Below, piece after piece: positions 29,369 through 38,671 of a stretch of 64,000 bases of DNA (positions are counted from its first letter, which is position 1; every line of letters starts with the position of its first letter). Source of the stretch: an uncultured Gammaproteobacteria bacterium (lineage in GTDB: Bacteria > Patescibacteriota > Patescibacteriia > Patescibacteriales > UBA12075); assembly GCA_964459725.1 (NCBI GenBank), contig CAYWNT010000006.1:4569-68568 (forward strand), given 5' to 3'. A program made the position numbers and the translations under genes. The notes below the pieces were generated by a model. It saw only the letters and a program-made list of their open reading frames with translations, did no database searches and was not told the origin of the DNA.

Positions 29369-30470
29369 ACCCTACGTTCGTGGAGGGGCGGAAAAAATAG
29401 TAGAAGCTGTAAGCTTGGAGCTTGAAAGACAAGGCCATCAAGTTTTTATCATTAGCACTAAACCAAGAAAGAGAGAAGTCACCGGCTTGGACCAGGGCGT
29501 GTTTAGGATTAATTCTTTATATTTTAATCTATCAAATATTCCAAGGTTTTTTAGATTGTTTTGGCACTTTTACGATTTGTTTAATTTAATCAACGCCCTA
29601 AAAGTGTGGAAAATTTTAAAAAAAGAAAAACCGAATTTAGTTATTACCAACAACCTGAAGGGGATTGGTATGCTTACACCCTTTGTGATCAAGAAGCAAA
29701 AGATAAAGCATATTCACATACTTCACGATATTCAGTTGTTGCATCCATCAGGGTTGATGATGGCCGGGGAGGAGGCAAAAATTAATAGTTTTTTTTCTCG
29801 TACTTATCAAGCAATTTGTAGAAAATTACTAGTCTCTCCTTGTCGGATAGTTTCACCTTCTGAGTGGCTCCTTGTTGAGCACCTTAAAAAAGGTTTTTTT
29901 AAGAAATCAGACTATAAAGTGCTCTTTAATCCTTTGATGGGAGAAAAAATGCGGGATAAAAAAAGGGCTAAAGGCGACAATTTTTTATTCGTTGGCCAAA
30001 TAGAGGAGCACAAGGGGATTGGTCTGTTGGTGTCGGCCTTTGCCAGAAATCCTAATTTAACCATCGATGTCATTGGGGATGGAGCTGATTATTCTTATTT
30101 TAAAAAGAGAGGAGAAAAATATCCTAATATAAAATTTTGGGGAAGACTTGATTCAGAAAGGGTTAGGACGATGATGAGGAGTGCTCATTGCTTGATAGTG
30201 CCCTCGATTTGCTATGAAAATTCGCCAACAGTTGTGTATGAGGCAGCAAGTGAGGCTTTGCCTGTCTTAGCATCTTCTCTAGGGGGCACAAAAGAGTTGG
30301 TTGAGGAAGTTGGTGGAGTTTTATTTTCGCCCAACCTAGAGAGAGACCTAGAAGATAAAATAAATTGGATAACAAAAAATTCCACAGAGGTGGAAAGAAT
30401 TGGAGAGAGGATGCGAGAAAGAATAATCAAAAATAATATATCTGACTATATACTAAAAGTACTAGAATGA
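29337..30470 (+). CDS. Glycosyltransferase family 4
   Basis: MKICLINNLYKPYVRGGAEKIV and LIVPSICYENSPTVVYEAASEALPV. Overlaps the previous gene by 32 nt. Confidence 0.8.
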   Translation: MKICLINNLYKPYVRGGAEKIVEAVSLELERQGHQVFIISTKPRKREVTGLDQGVFRINSLYFNLSNIPRFFRLFWHFYDLFNLINALKVWKILKKEKPNLVITNNLKGIGMLTPFVIKKQKIKHIHILHDIQLLHPSGLMMAGEEAKINSFFSRTYQAICRKLLVSPCRIVSPSEWLLVEHLKKGFFKKSDYKVLFNPLMGEKMRDKKRAKGDNFLFVGQIEEHKGIGLLVSAFARNPNLTIDVIGDGADYSYFKKRGEKYPNIKFWGRLDSERVRTMMRSAHCLIVPSICYENSPTVVYEAASEALPVLASSLGGTKELVEEVGGVLFSPNLERDLEDKINWITKNSTEVERIGERMRERIIKNNISDYILKVLE

Positions 30471-30472
30471 TT

Positions 30473-30748
30473 TTAGTAGAATATATTATTTAACTCTTTT
30501 ACTTTTTTAGCGCTACTATTTTTATAGTTTATTTCATTGATTATGGAGTCAAATTTCTCCATATCAACCTTGATCTCTTTTGCTGAAATTTGATCTTTGA
30601 ATATTTTTTCATCTGAATAAATCGGCTTGATTACATTTTTATTAATAAAAATAAAAAGTGATACTATTGCAACTAAATTAATTACACCAATAAAGATAAG
30701 CGCGTAAAAGAATATTTTTTTTGGATTTTGACTAAGGTCTGTTTTCAT
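30473..30748 (-). CDS. Small single-pass membrane protein, last gene of the pilus cluster
   Basis: 91 aa with one TM span. Its start lies 2 nt from the stop of the upstream PilO-like gene. Confidence 0.5.
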   Translation of the reverse strand: MKTDLSQNPKKIFFYALIFIGVINLVAIVSLFIFINKNVIKPIYSDEKIFKDQISAKEIKVDMEKFDSIINEINYKNSSAKKVKELNNIFY

Positions 30749-30749
30749 A

Positions 30750-31331
30750 TTATTTCCAATAAGTAGTAGCTGATATTTTAAGTGTTATTGTCTCAGACTG
30801 TTCAGCTCCCCCTGAAGAGCTGAGGGTGTTTGAATTTGAGTTGCTGTTTTTTGAAAAAACAGCAGAATTTATATTAAAGTAGTAGTTTAACGAATTTATG
30901 TCAGCCAAGTACTTCACTATACTTTGAAAATCTCCATCGGCAGTAATGTTTATTAGGGATTTGTTTGATTTTTTGATATCTTCCGGGGTGTTTAGATCCA
31001 TTTTTTGGTTTATATTATTTTTACTGGCAAGATTTTCAAGTGTCGTAATAAGTTCTAGCTCTCTGTTGGTATTGATATAGATATTGTTAAGCTTTTTTAG
31101 CTTTGGCTCTGTTTTGGATAATTCTTTCTTTAGCTCAATTTGTCCTTTTTCGAAAATTTTGTGTTTTTCAATATTAATTTTTTCCTTTATTATCTTTTCA
31201 CCTGTTTTAGTGATCCTGTCTATAGTGGGCAATATCAAAAAATAAGACGCAACAAAGAGAAATAAGAGAAAAAATATTATCAGATTCCTTATTTTAGCAT
31301 TAGTTTTTGTTTTTTGTTTATTTGAATTCAT
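30750..31331 (-). CDS. PilO-like pilus assembly membrane protein
   Basis: N-terminal TM span plus coiled coil plus C-terminal alpha/beta region. Position after pilM/pilN. ATG 31331 preferred over the TTG at 31352. Confidence 0.5.
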   Translation of the reverse strand: MNSNKQKTKTNAKIRNLIIFFLLFLFVASYFLILPTIDRITKTGEKIIKEKINIEKHKIFEKGQIELKKELSKTEPKLKKLNNIYINTNRELELITTLENLASKNNINQKMDLNTPEDIKKSNKSLINITADGDFQSIVKYLADINSLNYYFNINSAVFSKNSNSNSNTLSSSGGAEQSETITLKISATTYWK

Positions 31332-31851
31332 AGGAGTTGAATTTGGCACCAATTTTAAAATTAATATCCTCCTTTTTTAGTAGATTCTCTATAGGGAAAT
31401 CAACGTCTTTTAAAAACTTTGCCTCATCTAAGTATTTTTTTAGACTGAGCAGTGCTTCTCTGGATTTAGAATTTCCAATAAGAGAAAGACCATCTTCTTT
31501 GCTGAAGGAAATTTTAGAGAATTTTATATCTTGCTTTGTGGAATTGGAAATTTCCTCAATTAAGCTGACCCAGTTTATAAATTCTTTTTGTATTTTACTA
31601 GTTTCTTCAATTTTAGAATTTATTTCAGAAATATTTTCAATAGTTTTGTTTTGCTCACTGTCGGACTTGGCTGATTTTATAGCAATAATTTCATAGTGAT
31701 TACCTAGGGTGAAATCAGCGATTAAAAGAACTATAGAATAAATAATCACAAAAAGGATTGTTATGTAAACAATTTTTTTTAAAGATTTAAAAATGTTTTT
31801 TAATTTTATCTCTTTTTTGAGGTCTGAAGAGATAATATTTAGAGTTAGCAT
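31318..31851 (-). CDS. PilN-like pilus assembly membrane protein
   Basis: Short cytoplasmic N-terminus, TM span, coiled coil. Immediately follows pilM. Confidence 0.55.
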   Translation of the reverse strand: MLTLNIISSDLKKEIKLKNIFKSLKKIVYITILFVIIYSIVLLIADFTLGNHYEIIAIKSAKSDSEQNKTIENISEINSKIEETSKIQKEFINWVSLIEEISNSTKQDIKFSKISFSKEDGLSLIGNSKSREALLSLKKYLDEAKFLKDVDFPIENLLKKEDINFKIGAKFNSYEFK

Positions 31852-31854
31852 AGT

Positions 31855-33012
31855 CTAATTATTATTCAAAAATATTCCCCGGAGAGCCAGTCCGATAGCT
31901 GTTGCGTATTCAGAGCTTGTATCTTGTTTGATACTCAGCTCTGCGGTTTTGATTTTTTTTATAGAATTAGTTTTTAGGTTATAGGTTTTTATTAGGCTTT
32001 TAGAAAATTTGTCACTTAATTTTTGATCGATGTGCACAAATACGTCTCCTTTTGTTGTTTTAATTGATGTGGCAATGTTTATTATTTCAGCAATGTTTTT
32101 TATGTTTACTTCTGTGCCAGTTAGCAGTATTTCGTTTATTGGGCCTCGTTCTGGAAAATGTGAATAATAAAACTCTATGCCTGATTTTATTCTTTCATTA
32201 AGCTTTTTTGTGCTATCAGCAAGTATTTTTTTTATTATGCCTTTTGCTATTTTATCGTCGAATCCACAAATAATTTTTGCTTTTTCAGCCTGGTCTTGAT
32301 TTATTTCGAGATCTTTTGAAATTTGATCAGTGATTTCGTTGCCGGAAATTGGAATACTAATAGAAAGAACTATGGAGTTTTTTGAATAAATTATCAGATT
32401 GGTTGAATTCTCTGTGATATTTATGATGGCGAAGTTTTTAAATTGATTATCTTTCGTTTTTGGAGATTCTTCGGTAAGAAGAGCGCGACAAATCGCAGTT
32501 GATTCTGTTTCCAGGCCCAGGACAGACAAGTTTGCCATGTTGAATGCGGATATGTATTGGTTCACAATAGTTTTTGGGGCAGCACCTATCAAAACATCAT
32601 GATGAGAATTTTTTTCTTGGATGCTTTTTATTTCTTGCCAGTCATAAAACATATCGTTAATCGAAATTGGGATATTTTTTTCTATTTCATCCTCAATTAA
32701 ATCCGATAATTTATTCGAGCTTTTCCCAATCTTTATAAGCTCTACGTAGGATTTTGATTCAGGAAGACAGGCAATAATTTCGTTTGTTGTGATATTGCCG
32801 AATTTTGGATTAGAAAAAACTTCTTTTAGGGCAGTTAAAAAAAGTTTTTTATTTAATATTTCTCCGTTTTTCATGGCGCCCTCCGGTAGATTTACTTTAT
32901 TCAGTGCTTGGATTTTTATCTTGTTTCTCCCCTTTTTTAGCTGTATGAGCCTTATTGCTCCTTGAGAAATATCTAAACCAATTGGAATGTTTGATTGTCT
33001 GGTTATGAACAT
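31855..33012 (-). CDS. pilM: Type IV pilus assembly protein PilM (actin-like ATPase fold)
   Basis: IGLDISQGAIRLIQLKK start and overall FtsA/PilM-like organisation. 385 aa. Confidence 0.8.
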   Translation of the reverse strand: MFITRQSNIPIGLDISQGAIRLIQLKKGRNKIKIQALNKVNLPEGAMKNGEILNKKLFLTALKEVFSNPKFGNITTNEIIACLPESKSYVELIKIGKSSNKLSDLIEDEIEKNIPISINDMFYDWQEIKSIQEKNSHHDVLIGAAPKTIVNQYISAFNMANLSVLGLETESTAICRALLTEESPKTKDNQFKNFAIINITENSTNLIIYSKNSIVLSISIPISGNEITDQISKDLEINQDQAEKAKIICGFDDKIAKGIIKKILADSTKKLNERIKSGIEFYYSHFPERGPINEILLTGTEVNIKNIAEIINIATSIKTTKGDVFVHIDQKLSDKFSKSLIKTYNLKTNSIKKIKTAELSIKQDTSSEYATAIGLALRGIFLNNN

Positions 33013-33055
33013 ATAGTTTTTGGCTGGCTTTGTGTTGGATTTATTATACCATTAT

Positions 33056-34591
33056 TTAGTCTTCATTCCAAGATATAAACGTGTATTCGCCTGTTGTCGG
33101 GAAATGCGGAGGAGGACTAAAGGTGAGATTGCCGTCGTAGTTTAAGTTTCTGTTGACATATCCTGTTCCGTCTGTCCATGCGAAGCCATATCGCTCTCTT
33201 GTGGCAATCGAGCCGTTTATAGTTATTGTTGATCTTGTGTCATATTCATCATCACAGTTATAGTTGTTTGTATTGGGGAAATAGTCTCTACCCACTCTGC
33301 CGTTCTTGGCTATAAGAGCAGCATCAATATGCAAATCATCTTCACTATATAGTCCTATCGCAATATTTCTCTGAGCGATTAGTCCGATTGAGTCGGTTCC
33401 GTCATGGTTTGTGTACAGGATGTCGTTGTTGATAACAATATCACTGGCATTACCTCCCAGCGGTTCTTCAAAAGCAAGTATGGTGATTCTGTTCCCATCA
33501 ATTTGTCCATCTACCCAAACACGATCCTTAGCAAAGATTATTCCATTTGTTGGCGTTGAGGTGCTTAAAGCATAGTTGGTTTCAGATAAAATTTGGTAAG
33601 TTTCGTTGTATTCGTAAGTCTTGCACCATCCCCATGAGTGATATGAAATGCAGTCACCTCTACAGGTGGGAGAAATTAACGTTACTACTTTTATGTCTAT
33701 TGTATCATCTGTTTTTAAAGATATGTGATAACCTTCGTTGCCGGAGTTTTCCAGGACTATTCCTTCATTTTCAGCTTTTATTAAAGTGTCGCTAACATAA
33801 TTATCCAAAAGATCAAAGCTGATTATGGGCTGAGGAAATTCACGGCCCGATAAAAACACATCGTCTTGTTGTGGTGGGTTTGGAGGGTTGCTTCCGTTAC
33901 TTACTTCATTTGGGTCATAATTGCTGATTTCATCGTGGTGAGTATGAACTCCATATTCATTGGGGTGGTCCCAGATTGTACCCTCTAATGAGCCTCCTGG
34001 ATGGTCAGGGTCATTATACTCTAGCATTCCAGAGGTTATGATATTGTGCGAAACGCCATCAAATCTTATCCCGCCATTTGAGTGTAGAGGCCCCCATACT
34101 TCAGTACCAGCTCCAAACCTAACATCGGAGTTTGACAGAGTGGAATAGGTTGACCATGATGGGATACCACATTTTACTTCAATGGTTCTTTTTATTGTCG
34201 GATAATCCAATGTCCAGCCGACAGATTTTATATTTACAATTGTCGAGCCGTTGGGCGGGGGAGTTATGTAGAGCTCATATTGCCCTGTTATAGTTCCTGT
34301 TTCATCAGTATAGTTATATGGCCCATATGGCCCATAGTCTGGCTCAGGTAGACAAGTCTCATTATTGCAATAATCTTCATGGTTGTGATAAAGCACCCAT
34401 CTATAGTAGTTAACGCCAGCCTCAGCTATGTGGATAGCCTGATTTCTAGATACTTTTGTTAAATTTAGCTTTTGCTGTAGTAGCGCAAGATTGATGGCTC
34501 CAAAAAGTGCAAATAGAAAGATAGTGGTAGCAATCAGTGACACAATAAGCATTGCGCCATTTTTATTTTTTAAAATTTGCTTACTTGTCAT
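33056..34591 (-). CDS. PilX-N-terminal-domain-like large pilus-associated protein
   Basis: NGAMLIVSLIATTIFLFALFGAINLALLQQ...AIHIAEAGVNYY resembles the PilX_N domain. A large beta-rich extracellular part follows. Confidence 0.6.
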   Translation of the reverse strand: MTSKQILKNKNGAMLIVSLIATTIFLFALFGAINLALLQQKLNLTKVSRNQAIHIAEAGVNYYRWVLYHNHEDYCNNETCLPEPDYGPYGPYNYTDETGTITGQYELYITPPPNGSTIVNIKSVGWTLDYPTIKRTIEVKCGIPSWSTYSTLSNSDVRFGAGTEVWGPLHSNGGIRFDGVSHNIITSGMLEYNDPDHPGGSLEGTIWDHPNEYGVHTHHDEISNYDPNEVSNGSNPPNPPQQDDVFLSGREFPQPIISFDLLDNYVSDTLIKAENEGIVLENSGNEGYHISLKTDDTIDIKVVTLISPTCRGDCISYHSWGWCKTYEYNETYQILSETNYALSTSTPTNGIIFAKDRVWVDGQIDGNRITILAFEEPLGGNASDIVINNDILYTNHDGTDSIGLIAQRNIAIGLYSEDDLHIDAALIAKNGRVGRDYFPNTNNYNCDDEYDTRSTITINGSIATRERYGFAWTDGTGYVNRNLNYDGNLTFSPPPHFPTTGEYTFISWNED

Positions 34592-34592
34592 A

Positions 34593-35183
34593 TTATAAGT
34601 TGTCTTTTAGGTTTCTTAGATGGATATCAGTTTCAACGTAAACATCATTTGGGGCAATTTCGGGTGTAACATTAATTTTTAAATTAATATTTATCATTCT
34701 AACTTCATTTATGTTGGAAGTTGTGCTGTTATCAGAGTCAAAATATGTAAAGATTGGTTCGGTTTGATTGTTCATATAATTTGCCAGGGTGGTAGTAGAG
34801 ATGGCTCCAGTATAGTCATTTGATGGTCCTGGCTCAGTCAGAACTTTTTTTAGGTTATTGTCTTCTAGAATGTATTGAATTTTTTCTGTCTGGTTGTCCT
34901 GGTCAACATCGCAAAAATAAATAAACTCATGAGTGTCTATTTTGTTTAGAGCATAGGCACCCTGGACAGAGGAATTTGCACCTCTGACATCTTTGGTGAT
35001 AAGACTCATTGAATCTCTGGCAATTTTAATTGCAGTACCTTGTTCTGAGTCAAATCTGATAGATTTGAATCCGGTGACAAGAAAATTTGATCCTATTGTA
35101 ACAACAAAGCCAAGAATAGTAAGGGCAACCAGTATTTCGATTAGAGTAAAGCCATGTATTTTTTTTGTTTTTAGTTTCATCAT
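34593..35183 (-). CDS. Minor pilin/pseudopilin (prepilin-type N-terminal methylation motif)
   Basis: KIHGFTLIEILVALTILGFVV class III signal sequence. Confidence 0.8.
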   Translation of the reverse strand: MMKLKTKKIHGFTLIEILVALTILGFVVTIGSNFLVTGFKSIRFDSEQGTAIKIARDSMSLITKDVRGANSSVQGAYALNKIDTHEFIYFCDVDQDNQTEKIQYILEDNNLKKVLTEPGPSNDYTGAISTTTLANYMNNQTEPIFTYFDSDNSTTSNINEVRMININLKINVTPEIAPNDVYVETDIHLRNLKDNL

Positions 35184-37444
35184 TACTTTAGATATAAGTT
35201 TATTTCTTTGGTTACACCAGGCAGTAAATCAATAGGCATGGTGGGTTGGCAAAATATAAGTTCATAAACCGAAGAACTTGCAGTTATGGTGTAGCCTGGA
35301 TTATCCCATTCCACCTGGATATCAAGTTCGCCGTTTGTATCTGTTTGTAAATCTTTGTTATATTCGTAGATTACCGGGTTGTCGCCAATTTTTTTTGTTC
35401 CTGTTACATTAAGATCTATGTTTGGAATATTGGTTACGCTTCCGTACTCTTCAAATGAAGAAATAAAAATATCATTGTCTCCATTTACGTTACTTTCCCA
35501 GGTGACATATGGAGTATCGGGGGCTGTTGAGACATCGATAGTAACAGACGGATTATATTCGTTTGATGTTCCAAGGCTAATATTAACTCGAACGTCGTCT
35601 GTCCATAACTTGGTTCCAGAAATATCAATTTTTTGGGCATAAATATCAGGATTGCCTTCACGTTCGTCGGTCCAAGCAATATAAATATTATCACTTGTAT
35701 CAATTGCAAAACTTGATGAGTATTGGTCTGTTGTGTTTGTGTTTGAGTTAACTTTGATTTCCCAAGTTTGAGATCCGTCAACTGGATTGTATTTAGCTAA
35801 ATATATATTTTTATTTCCATCACGTTCGTCAGTCCAGGTAATGTATGGATTATTAGAGCTGTCTACGGCCAGCTCTGCCATATATTGATTTGTGGATCCA
35901 CCATTTGTCGTCATTCTTACATTGGATCCTCCCCAGAGCGGATTCCCATTTCTATCAAATTTTGCTGCATATATATTCAAGTCCCCGTCACGCTCATCTG
36001 TCCAGCCGACATAGAAATTATCATTACTATCTGATTGAATGACTCCGTCGTATTGATTGAATCCATCAGAAGCAACTAGGTCAATTACTCTAATTTCAGA
36101 TTCACTTACAGTATGTCCTGTCGTCCAGATAGGATTACCGTTAATGTAGTCATATTGTTGTATAAATATGTCTGAATCTGTGTTTCTGTTGTCTTGCCAC
36201 ACAACAGTAGTGGTAGCATTGGAACTTTGATTTAGAAGAGTTAATCTTATATACTCCTGATTATAATTATCAGCCCCATCTGTGTTTATTTTTTTTTCGC
36301 CACCCCAGCGATTAGATCCATTGGAAGAATTTAAGCTTATTAAGTAAGCCTCTCTATTTCCAACAGCTTGATCATGCCAAGCTGCATAAAGATTCCCATT
36401 TGAATCAATCTTGATATCGGGCAGAACGGTATCGCTTGCGTTGGCTATTTCCTGATCGGATGGAGAAATGGTATTTGGCCATTGTCCGCCACTTGTTGGG
36501 TTGTATTTTTGAGCATAAATTTTTGGTTTATTGGATACTCTATAGTCTTGCCAGACAGTATAAACATAGCCGGCGGAATCAAATGCGATTCTGGAATTTG
36601 TTTGATCAGTGCCAGCAGTGTCAGAGTCTCCGGATTGCCAGTTATTTGGTAATCCTTGAGATATTGTATTTATTTCGAGATTGGAAAGTAGGTCAATCTG
36701 AAAACTTTCTTCTCTTTTATTCCCAGCGGTAGCTGTCAGGTGGCGTTTAGAGGGATTGGGGTTTTCTGCGGTAATAGGGTGTGTTTTATCTGTCCCGTAA
36801 CCTGCTTTTGTAACCAAAACTTCGTATTCAGCGGGAACAACAGATTCTACAACGAGCCCATTAGCATCAGATATTCTATCAACAAAACCACCTCCGACAG
36901 TATCTGTTATCTTTACATTTGCGCCAGGAAAAGGGTTATTGTTTGCATCAATTATAAAAAGCTTAAGAAGGCCGTTGCCAGAGGGAATTTCTTCCGTTCT
37001 TGGAATTACTTTTGAAAAAACAGTAACATCTTTTTGTCCAAAATTACTTTGCCAACTTACTTTGATTGTTACAATTTTATAGTCATCCCAAATAGTGTCG
37101 GGAGATGTTGATCCCGCTGTTGAGTCATATGGATCATCTTCAAAAGACACATCAGTGTAAACAGTGTATTCATTGCTTTTGGTAATAATTTCAGTTTGAG
37201 GAATGGGGCCTGGAACTCCTACCGTAGGCGTTGTCCCAACATCATCATATGACATATTTCTAATTCTCTCCATTTTTTTGTTTGCCAGATTCATTGCTTC
37301 AATATACCCCTTGTTGTCACCTGATATTTTTAAAGAAAAGATTATTAAGCTAAAAATCCCCATTGTGATTATGGAAATAGTTAATATAGAAACAAGCAAT
37401 TCTATTAGAGTGAATCCTGAGTTGTTTTTTGTTATTTTTGTCAT
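35183..37444 (-). CDS. Giant pilin-like protein: prepilin N-terminus plus CarboxypepD_reg-like domain plus seven-blade propeller-like repeats
   Basis: NSGFTLIELLVSILTISI prepilin motif. LKLFIIDANNNPFPGANVKITD...YEVLVTKAGYG. Seven repeats of the type YI(A/T)WTDER(D/E)GNxxIYxxK(Y/F)xxxGxxxW. Confidence 0.8.
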   Translation of the reverse strand: MTKITKNNSGFTLIELLVSILTISIITMGIFSLIIFSLKISGDNKGYIEAMNLANKKMERIRNMSYDDVGTTPTVGVPGPIPQTEIITKSNEYTVYTDVSFEDDPYDSTAGSTSPDTIWDDYKIVTIKVSWQSNFGQKDVTVFSKVIPRTEEIPSGNGLLKLFIIDANNNPFPGANVKITDTVGGGFVDRISDANGLVVESVVPAEYEVLVTKAGYGTDKTHPITAENPNPSKRHLTATAGNKREESFQIDLLSNLEINTISQGLPNNWQSGDSDTAGTDQTNSRIAFDSAGYVYTVWQDYRVSNKPKIYAQKYNPTSGGQWPNTISPSDQEIANASDTVLPDIKIDSNGNLYAAWHDQAVGNREAYLISLNSSNGSNRWGGEKKINTDGADNYNQEYIRLTLLNQSSNATTTVVWQDNRNTDSDIFIQQYDYINGNPIWTTGHTVSESEIRVIDLVASDGFNQYDGVIQSDSNDNFYVGWTDERDGDLNIYAAKFDRNGNPLWGGSNVRMTTNGGSTNQYMAELAVDSSNNPYITWTDERDGNKNIYLAKYNPVDGSQTWEIKVNSNTNTTDQYSSSFAIDTSDNIYIAWTDEREGNPDIYAQKIDISGTKLWTDDVRVNISLGTSNEYNPSVTIDVSTAPDTPYVTWESNVNGDNDIFISSFEEYGSVTNIPNIDLNVTGTKKIGDNPVIYEYNKDLQTDTNGELDIQVEWDNPGYTITASSSVYELIFCQPTMPIDLLPGVTKEINLYLK

Positions 37445-37446
37445 TT

Positions 37447-38592
37447 TTAAATTGCAGAACTAATACTAAACATGGGCATGACTATTGCCAGTGCTACACC
37501 ACCTACGCCCAGACCCAGCATCAGAATCAGGACAGGTTCGATGATGGTTGGCAGATTTTCCATTATTTGATCTATTTCTTCTTCGTAAAATTCAGCCAGC
37601 TCTACAAGTATGGTATCGAGTTCACCGGTTTCTTCACCAATGGCAATCATCTGAGCAACAACAGGAGTAAAAAGATTCGGATAGTTGTTTATAGCTTCAC
37701 TTATTTTTCCTCCGTCTTTTATGTTTTCTGCCATTTCCTTTATGGATTTTTTGTAGTGAACATTGGAGAGAACATCCGCAGTTATTCCAAATGATTTGAT
37801 TATCATAATATCAGTCTGGAGAAGTGAGCTTATGTTTCTAGAAAATCGAGCTAAATTAATTTTTTTAATAATGGTGCCGAAAATAGGTGTTTTGAGAAGT
37901 ATGGCCTGAAAAATAAATTTACCTTTAGCAGTTTTTAGGGCGTTTACAAGGGCAGTTATAAATACAATCAAACCAATCACCACCAGAATGCCATTATTTA
38001 CTATGGCATCACTCATTGAAATCAGTATTTTGGTGGCAATAGGAAGTTCTGCGCCTAGCTCAGAAAACATGGAAGTAATTTTTGGGACAATAACAACAAG
38101 CATAAATGTTCCAATTCCTATCATGGCAAAGATAATTACACTCGGGTAGGTAAGTGCGCCTTTTACTTTGGAGATCAGGTGGTGCTCCTTTTTCATTTGG
38201 ATGAAAAGCTGATTCAAAACATCTTCGAGCTTACCGGAGATTTCACCGGCGTTTATCATAGAAGTGAACATTTCTCCAAAAACTTTTTCGTGAGGTTCGA
38301 GTGCTTCAGCAAAACTTGACCCTTCCTCAACTTTTTTTGCGGTTTGAGTGAGAATATCCTGAAAACGTTTGTTGGAGGATTGTATGGCTAGTGTTTTTAG
38401 GGCTCTGGAAAGTGATATTCCAGATTTAAGCATTAGTCCTAAGTGCTGAACAAAAAATAGCTTTTCTTTCAGAGGGACTCTTGAAAATCTCAAAAGATAC
38501 TGATTTACTTTATCCATCGTTAAATTAGTTTTTTTGCTGCTGTTATTTTCTGCTTCGGGTTCAGAAGCTTGCTGGTTAAGTCTAACGACCAT
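37447..38592 (-). CDS. pilC: Type IV pilus platform protein PilC (GspF family)
   Basis: Two T2SSF repeats, FFVQHLGLMLKSGISLSRAL and FSRNISSLLQTDIMIIKSF, with 3 TM segments. Confidence 0.88.
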   Translation of the reverse strand: MVVRLNQQASEPEAENNSSKKTNLTMDKVNQYLLRFSRVPLKEKLFFVQHLGLMLKSGISLSRALKTLAIQSSNKRFQDILTQTAKKVEEGSSFAEALEPHEKVFGEMFTSMINAGEISGKLEDVLNQLFIQMKKEHHLISKVKGALTYPSVIIFAMIGIGTFMLVVIVPKITSMFSELGAELPIATKILISMSDAIVNNGILVVIGLIVFITALVNALKTAKGKFIFQAILLKTPIFGTIIKKINLARFSRNISSLLQTDIMIIKSFGITADVLSNVHYKKSIKEMAENIKDGGKISEAINNYPNLFTPVVAQMIAIGEETGELDTILVELAEFYEEEIDQIMENLPTIIEPVLILMLGLGVGGVALAIVMPMFSISSAI

Positions 38593-38617
38593 ATATTTTA
38601 AAATAGTTTATAATACA

Positions 38618-38666
38618 CATAACTCATAACACATAACACGTAACACATAACTCGTAATTCTTAATT
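38618..38666. repeat. Seven tandem CATAACN-type heptamers filling the pilB-pilC spacer
   Basis: cataact cataaca cataaca cgtaaca cataact cgtaatt cttaatt. The first 21 nt are identical to 3483-3503. Confidence 0.85.
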
Positions 38667-38671
38667 CACAC

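Noticed and set aside
35450-36580. Diversity-generating retroelement (template/variable repeat) behind the seven propeller repeats of the giant pilin
   Set aside because: The repeats are diverged at the protein level in the way of ordinary propeller blades. There is no adenine-specific mismatch pattern, non-coding template copy or reverse transcriptase in the window.
38618-38666. CRISPR array interpretation of the heptamer arrays and of the 42-nt repeats at 48181-48306
   Set aside because: The units are contiguous with no unique spacers, the 7-nt units are far too short, and the 42-nt units are in-frame coding. No cas genes are present.
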